Shown here piece after piece: positions 60,407 through 64,000 of a stretch of DNA of 64,000 nucleotides; position 1 is the first letter of the stretch; each line of letters starts with the position of its first letter. The stretch is taken from positions 4,770 through 68,769 of the forward strand of contig JAHFEK010000007.1 of assembly GCA_023248495.1 (NCBI GenBank), in the 5' to 3' direction. The position numbers were made by a program, and so were the translations under genes. The DNA is from Nitrospinales bacterium. GTDB lineage: Bacteria > Nitrospinota_A > UBA7883 > JACRGQ01. Below the pieces are notes generated by a model. The model did no database searches, was not told where the DNA came from, and saw nothing but the letters and a program-made list of their open reading frames with translations.

Positions 60407-61084
60407 TCAGCGGTGGCGCGCGACCCCGGTCTTGGGGCAGAACCCCGCGAGCGGACATGTTGAACAGCGCGGCGAAACCGGCAGGCAGACGTTCTGCCCG
60501 TAGGTCACCAGCAGGTCGTTAAATTCAATCCAGTATTTTTTCGGCAGCTTTTTCCGCAATGCCGATTCCGTATCGTCCGGCGCGGCGGTGTGGACGTATC
60601 CCCAGCGGTTGCAGATGCGGTGCACATGGATGTCAACACAGATCCCCGGCAGGTTGAATCCAAGCGTCACCACCAGGTTCGCGGTTTTCCGTCCGATCCC
60701 TTTTATCGTTAAAAGCTCGTCCAGCCCGCCCGGCACGTTGCCGCCGTATTTTTCCAGCAGTGTTTGGCAAACATGGTGCAATGTCCGGGCCTTGTTTTTG
60801 TAAAAACCGACCGGATAGATGAGCTGTTCCAGATTATCCAGCGGAATCCGCAAGATGCTTTCCGGCGTATCGGCGCGGGCAAAAAGCCGTTGCGCGGCGG
60901 CGGCGGTGGTTTTGTCTTTAGTGCGAAGCGAAAGAAGCGTGGAAATCAGCACTTTAAAAGGGGATGCCAAATAGTGGCTCACGATCGGCACGGTATAGCG
61001 CGGCGCTTCCTGGCGGAGTATCGCGATGGCGCGGCCGATGGAAAACGCCTTTTGGGTCTTTAAATTATGTTTTTCCGCCATCAT
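60407..61084 (-). CDS. nth: Endonuclease III
   Basis: LISTLLSLRTKD, GIGRKTAN, VDIHVHR, GQNVC.PVSPRC..CP...FC FeS motif. Confidence 0.95.
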   Translation of the reverse strand: MMAEKHNLKTQKAFSIGRAIAILRQEAPRYTVPIVSHYLASPFKVLISTLLSLRTKDKTTAAAAQRLFARADTPESILRIPLDNLEQLIYPVGFYKNKARTLHHVCQTLLEKYGGNVPGGLDELLTIKGIGRKTANLVVTLGFNLPGICVDIHVHRICNRWGYVHTAAPDDTESALRKKLPKKYWIEFNDLLVTYGQNVCLPVSPRCSTCPLAGFCPKTGVARHR

Positions 61085-61172
61085 ACCTTTATGCAATACT
61101 ACCTTATGGGAGTAGGGCCGGGGGATGGATTTATTTAAATCCTCCGAGATGAGAGATTGGGGTTCACGGTCT

Positions 61173-63647
61173 ATGACGGAAAAGAAAATCCAGCGCATTT
61201 TCGGCATCACGGTCGCCTGTCTCGTGGCGTTTGTGGTGGTTATAGGGTTGGTATTCGACAGCCTTGGCGGCAACATCGAGCGCTACATGGCCCAAAAGTT
61301 CAACGAGGAACAGTTCCGCCTCACCACGCATCTTAAAAGCCATATCGCCGATCATTTTGGCGCGGCCCAGGGGATGCTGCAAATATTCGCGTTGCGCCTG
61401 GCGGATATGGGCATTACCGGGCGCCTTGCCGCCGGCGAACTGAACCAGACGTCCCCCAGCCTCACGCAATTCGTCCAAAACGAAGCGCGCCCTTTTATGG
61501 AGCGAAACCCCTCGCTTCTCCGCTTTGCCCTCACCGATGCCAATGGCCAACCGCTGATTACTATGGTAAACCCCGGATCGGGGGTGAAGACGGTCCAGCC
61601 CGGCGCGGAAGGGCTTTTCCAGCCCGCCGGGAAGCTGGGGGAGCGCGGTTCCCTGATATCGAAGCCGCACGAAGTGGCGGCGGCCGCCGGGGGAGGGGTG
61701 GCATTGCCGCGTCTCATCGATGTGTCGGTACCCCTGTTGCATCAGGGAAAAATGGCGGGGCGGCTGTTTGTATCCGTCAATTTCGCGTTCGTGGAAAACG
61801 TCATATCCGACTACGACAAGGGGACGCAGTCATACGACCATCGGTGGATTTTCGACCGCGGCGGGGATTTGGTGTTCTGCTCGCTGGTGATGTCGAAGGA
61901 TTATCACGCGGGCGAGATCGCCGCCTTGCTGAACAAAGAGGCGGGCGCGTACGATCTGATGGCGCACGGCGGCGCGCAGCGCGAGCTTATCGCCATCATG
62001 CCGATGGATCTGGGGGAAAACCGGTGGGTAATCGTTTCCGAGGCCGGTTTTGGCGATGTGATGGGGATCGTGCGTAATGTGCAGCGAATGCGCACGGCGG
62101 TTGTCCTGGTTCTGCTGCTGCTGGTGGTGCTGGGGGGCTTTACGCTCTACCGCATGGCGATTGGACGGCTGGTGGCGGAGCAAAAGACCCTCATGGGCGC
62201 TGCGTTGACCGCGGAAGAAAACAAATACCATATGCTCATCGAGACTGACCCGGATCCGATATTTATCCTCGATGCGGGGCTTCTTATCATCGAGGTGAAC
62301 ACCGGCGCGGTGAATACGTTGGGCCGGACATCACGCGAGGGATTGCTCGGCAAACCGTTTGCCGAGTTATTGGACAACGCGGACGAGTTCATGGAACGCG
62401 TCCGCGGGCTGGGGGGGGGGGAAGGTTCTTTCACCATCGAGCAGGTGATTGCCGCGGCGGACGGCCGCATCCTTCATTTTGAAAACAGCACGGCGCTGTT
62501 GCATCGCAAGGACGGTACCGGCTTCATTTACCAAGTCTATCTGCGCAACGTGACCGAACGCCGCGAATACGAATTCAACCTGCGGCGTGAAAAAGAGAAT
62601 ATGGAACGTATTGTGAGTTCGGTGGGGGCCGGCATCGCCGTGTTCCTTCCCGGCCTGCGGCTGGAATGGAGCAACAACCGTTATGACGACATCTTTGCCG
62701 TGGTTGAAAAAACATTGCGCCGTGAGGGCGATTGTCTGCTCTGCCTCGTCGGCAAGGTGAACGACTGTTTGGCGATGCGCGCGTTTAACACAGGCAAAGC
62801 AATTGAAGAGGAGGCAAGCATCACGGTCGGCCCGGGTGATACCCGCCACTACTTCATCAGCGCGACCCCGGTGTTTGACGCCGGGGGCGCGGTGGCCCAG
62901 ATGATTGAACTTGTCATCGACGTAACGGAGAACCGGAATCTCCAGTCGCAACTGCTGCAAAGCGAAAAACTTGCCTCCATCGGCGAGCTTGCCGCCGGCA
63001 TCGCCCACGAGTTGAACAACCCGATGGCGGGTATTATCGGCTACTCCGAATTTCTGCTGGAGGAACTCAAGGGGCAGGAGGGGCCGCTTGCCGACGTGAA
63101 AAAAATTCACAACGAGGCGATCCGCTGTTCGCGCATCGTGCAAAACCTGCTGAAATTCTCCCACCGGCATAAGCCGCGAAAAGCGGAGGTGGCGCTCAAC
63201 GACGTGCTGCGGGCGACCACCGATATCGTCGAGTACGAATTCAGGGTGAATAACGTGGAACTGGAAATAAGCTACGATCTTAATCTGCGGCGGATCATAG
63301 GCGACCAGTATCAACTCCAGCAGGTGTTCATGAATATTTTGAATAACGCGTTCTTTTTCCTGAAGGATCAGCCGGGCAAGCGGTTCATCAAAATCAGCAC
63401 GGCTCACGCCGGTGGCAATGTGGAGACGCGGATATGGAACAACGGCCCCCCCATTCCCGATGGCGCGGTCGACAAGGTGTTCGACCCTTTCTTCACTACA
63501 AAAGAGGTAGGGAAAGGAACCGGCTTGGGGTTGTCCGTCTCGCATGGAATTATCAAGAACCATCATGGGGAGATCAGCGCGCGGAACGTCGATGGCGGAG
63601 TGCTCTTCACCGTTACCCTTCCGGCCCGGACGCCGGAAGATGAGTGA
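61173..63647 (+). CDS. Membrane sensor histidine kinase (Cache-like, PAS, HisKA, HATPase)
   Basis: Two TM helices; EKLASIGELAAGIAHELNNP, QLQQVFMNILNNA, FDPFFTTKEVGKGTGLGL. Confidence 0.94.
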   Translation: MTEKKIQRIFGITVACLVAFVVVIGLVFDSLGGNIERYMAQKFNEEQFRLTTHLKSHIADHFGAAQGMLQIFALRLADMGITGRLAAGELNQTSPSLTQFVQNEARPFMERNPSLLRFALTDANGQPLITMVNPGSGVKTVQPGAEGLFQPAGKLGERGSLISKPHEVAAAAGGGVALPRLIDVSVPLLHQGKMAGRLFVSVNFAFVENVISDYDKGTQSYDHRWIFDRGGDLVFCSLVMSKDYHAGEIAALLNKEAGAYDLMAHGGAQRELIAIMPMDLGENRWVIVSEAGFGDVMGIVRNVQRMRTAVVLVLLLLVVLGGFTLYRMAIGRLVAEQKTLMGAALTAEENKYHMLIETDPDPIFILDAGLLIIEVNTGAVNTLGRTSREGLLGKPFAELLDNADEFMERVRGLGGGEGSFTIEQVIAAADGRILHFENSTALLHRKDGTGFIYQVYLRNVTERREYEFNLRREKENMERIVSSVGAGIAVFLPGLRLEWSNNRYDDIFAVVEKTLRREGDCLLCLVGKVNDCLAMRAFNTGKAIEEEASITVGPGDTRHYFISATPVFDAGGAVAQMIELVIDVTENRNLQSQLLQSEKLASIGELAAGIAHELNNPMAGIIGYSEFLLEELKGQEGPLADVKKIHNEAIRCSRIVQNLLKFSHRHKPRKAEVALNDVLRATTDIVEYEFRVNNVELEISYDLNLRRIIGDQYQLQQVFMNILNNAFFFLKDQPGKRFIKISTAHAGGNVETRIWNNGPPIPDGAVDKVFDPFFTTKEVGKGTGLGLSVSHGIIKNHHGEISARNVDGGVLFTVTLPARTPEDE
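62411..62421 (+). repeat. G11 homopolymer inside the kinase gene
   Basis: Eleven consecutive G, in frame (L-G-G-G-E). Confidence 0.85.
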
Positions 63648-63660
63648 TGCCGCGGCGGGG

Positions 63661-64000
63661 TCAGTCCCGCAGGTCGTCGTCGGTTTGGATGTAGCGGAGC
63701 AATTTGCCGCGCAGACGCATCACGGCGCGGGTGTGAAGTTGCGAAACGCGCGATTCGGTGATGCCCAGCACTTCGCCGATTTCTTTCATGGTTAATTCTT
63801 CGTAATAGTACAGGGATACCAGCAGCCGTTCTTTTTCCGGGAGCTGGTCGATGGCGCGGCCGATGATTTCGCGCACTTCGGTCACGCGGGCCATCATCTG
63901 CGGGTCGGTGTCGGGCGATCCGGCCAGCACTTCCATGATGTCGCGCTTTTCGCCGTCTTTTCCCATGCCGCCGAGGTCTTCGATGCTCAGTAACGGCGCG
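63661..64000 (-). CDS. fliA: RNA polymerase sigma factor FliA (sigma28), 3' part; open at the window edge
   Basis: LLSIED, LPEKERLLVSLYYYEELTMKEIGEVLGITESRVSQLH. Confidence 0.93.
   Translation of the reverse strand, partial: APLLSIEDLGGMGKDGEKRDIMEVLAGSPDTDPQMMARVTEVREIIGRAIDQLPEKERLLVSLYYYEELTMKEIGEVLGITESRVSQLHTRAVMRLRGKLLRYIQTDDDLRD

Overview
A 64-kb chromosomal window of roughly 58-62% GC (estimated by eye) from a flagellated Gram-negative bacterium. The protein styles suggest a Nitrospinota- or deltaproteobacteria-like lineage, but that is inference only. Most of it is housekeeping: mnmE-mnmG-rsmG, ruvCA/yebC, rtcB, argC, an LPS glycosyltransferase-transaldolase operon, a sigma54-type fliO-fliPQR-flhBAF-flhG operon, efp-accBC, mutL, hda, nth and a partial fliA. 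Five things stand out. (1) An unusual complex I operon: a Geobacter-type SfrBA NAD(P)H module takes the place of NuoEFG. The nuoL slot holds a lower-GC Mrp-like module whose last subunit ends in a NuoL-type tail, giving four antiporter-like subunits. (2) Two tandem paralogous 21/22-aa His/Pro/Arg-rich micropeptide genes, missed by the ORF track, each with its own GGAGG RBS, behind a near-consensus sigma28 promoter and ahead of a structured 3' tail. (3) A low-GC ABC-ATPase plus PD-(D/E)XK nuclease cassette (candidate defence system) preceded by a nested palindromic element. (4) A DciA(DUF721)-lipoprotein signal-TPR protein in one reading frame. (5) A diheme cytochrome lipoprotein translationally coupled to a Rossmann-GAF-GGDEF cyclase beside the flagellar promoter. 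I saw no rRNA, tRNA, CRISPR array or transposase. All family assignments come from motif recognition; no database search was run.
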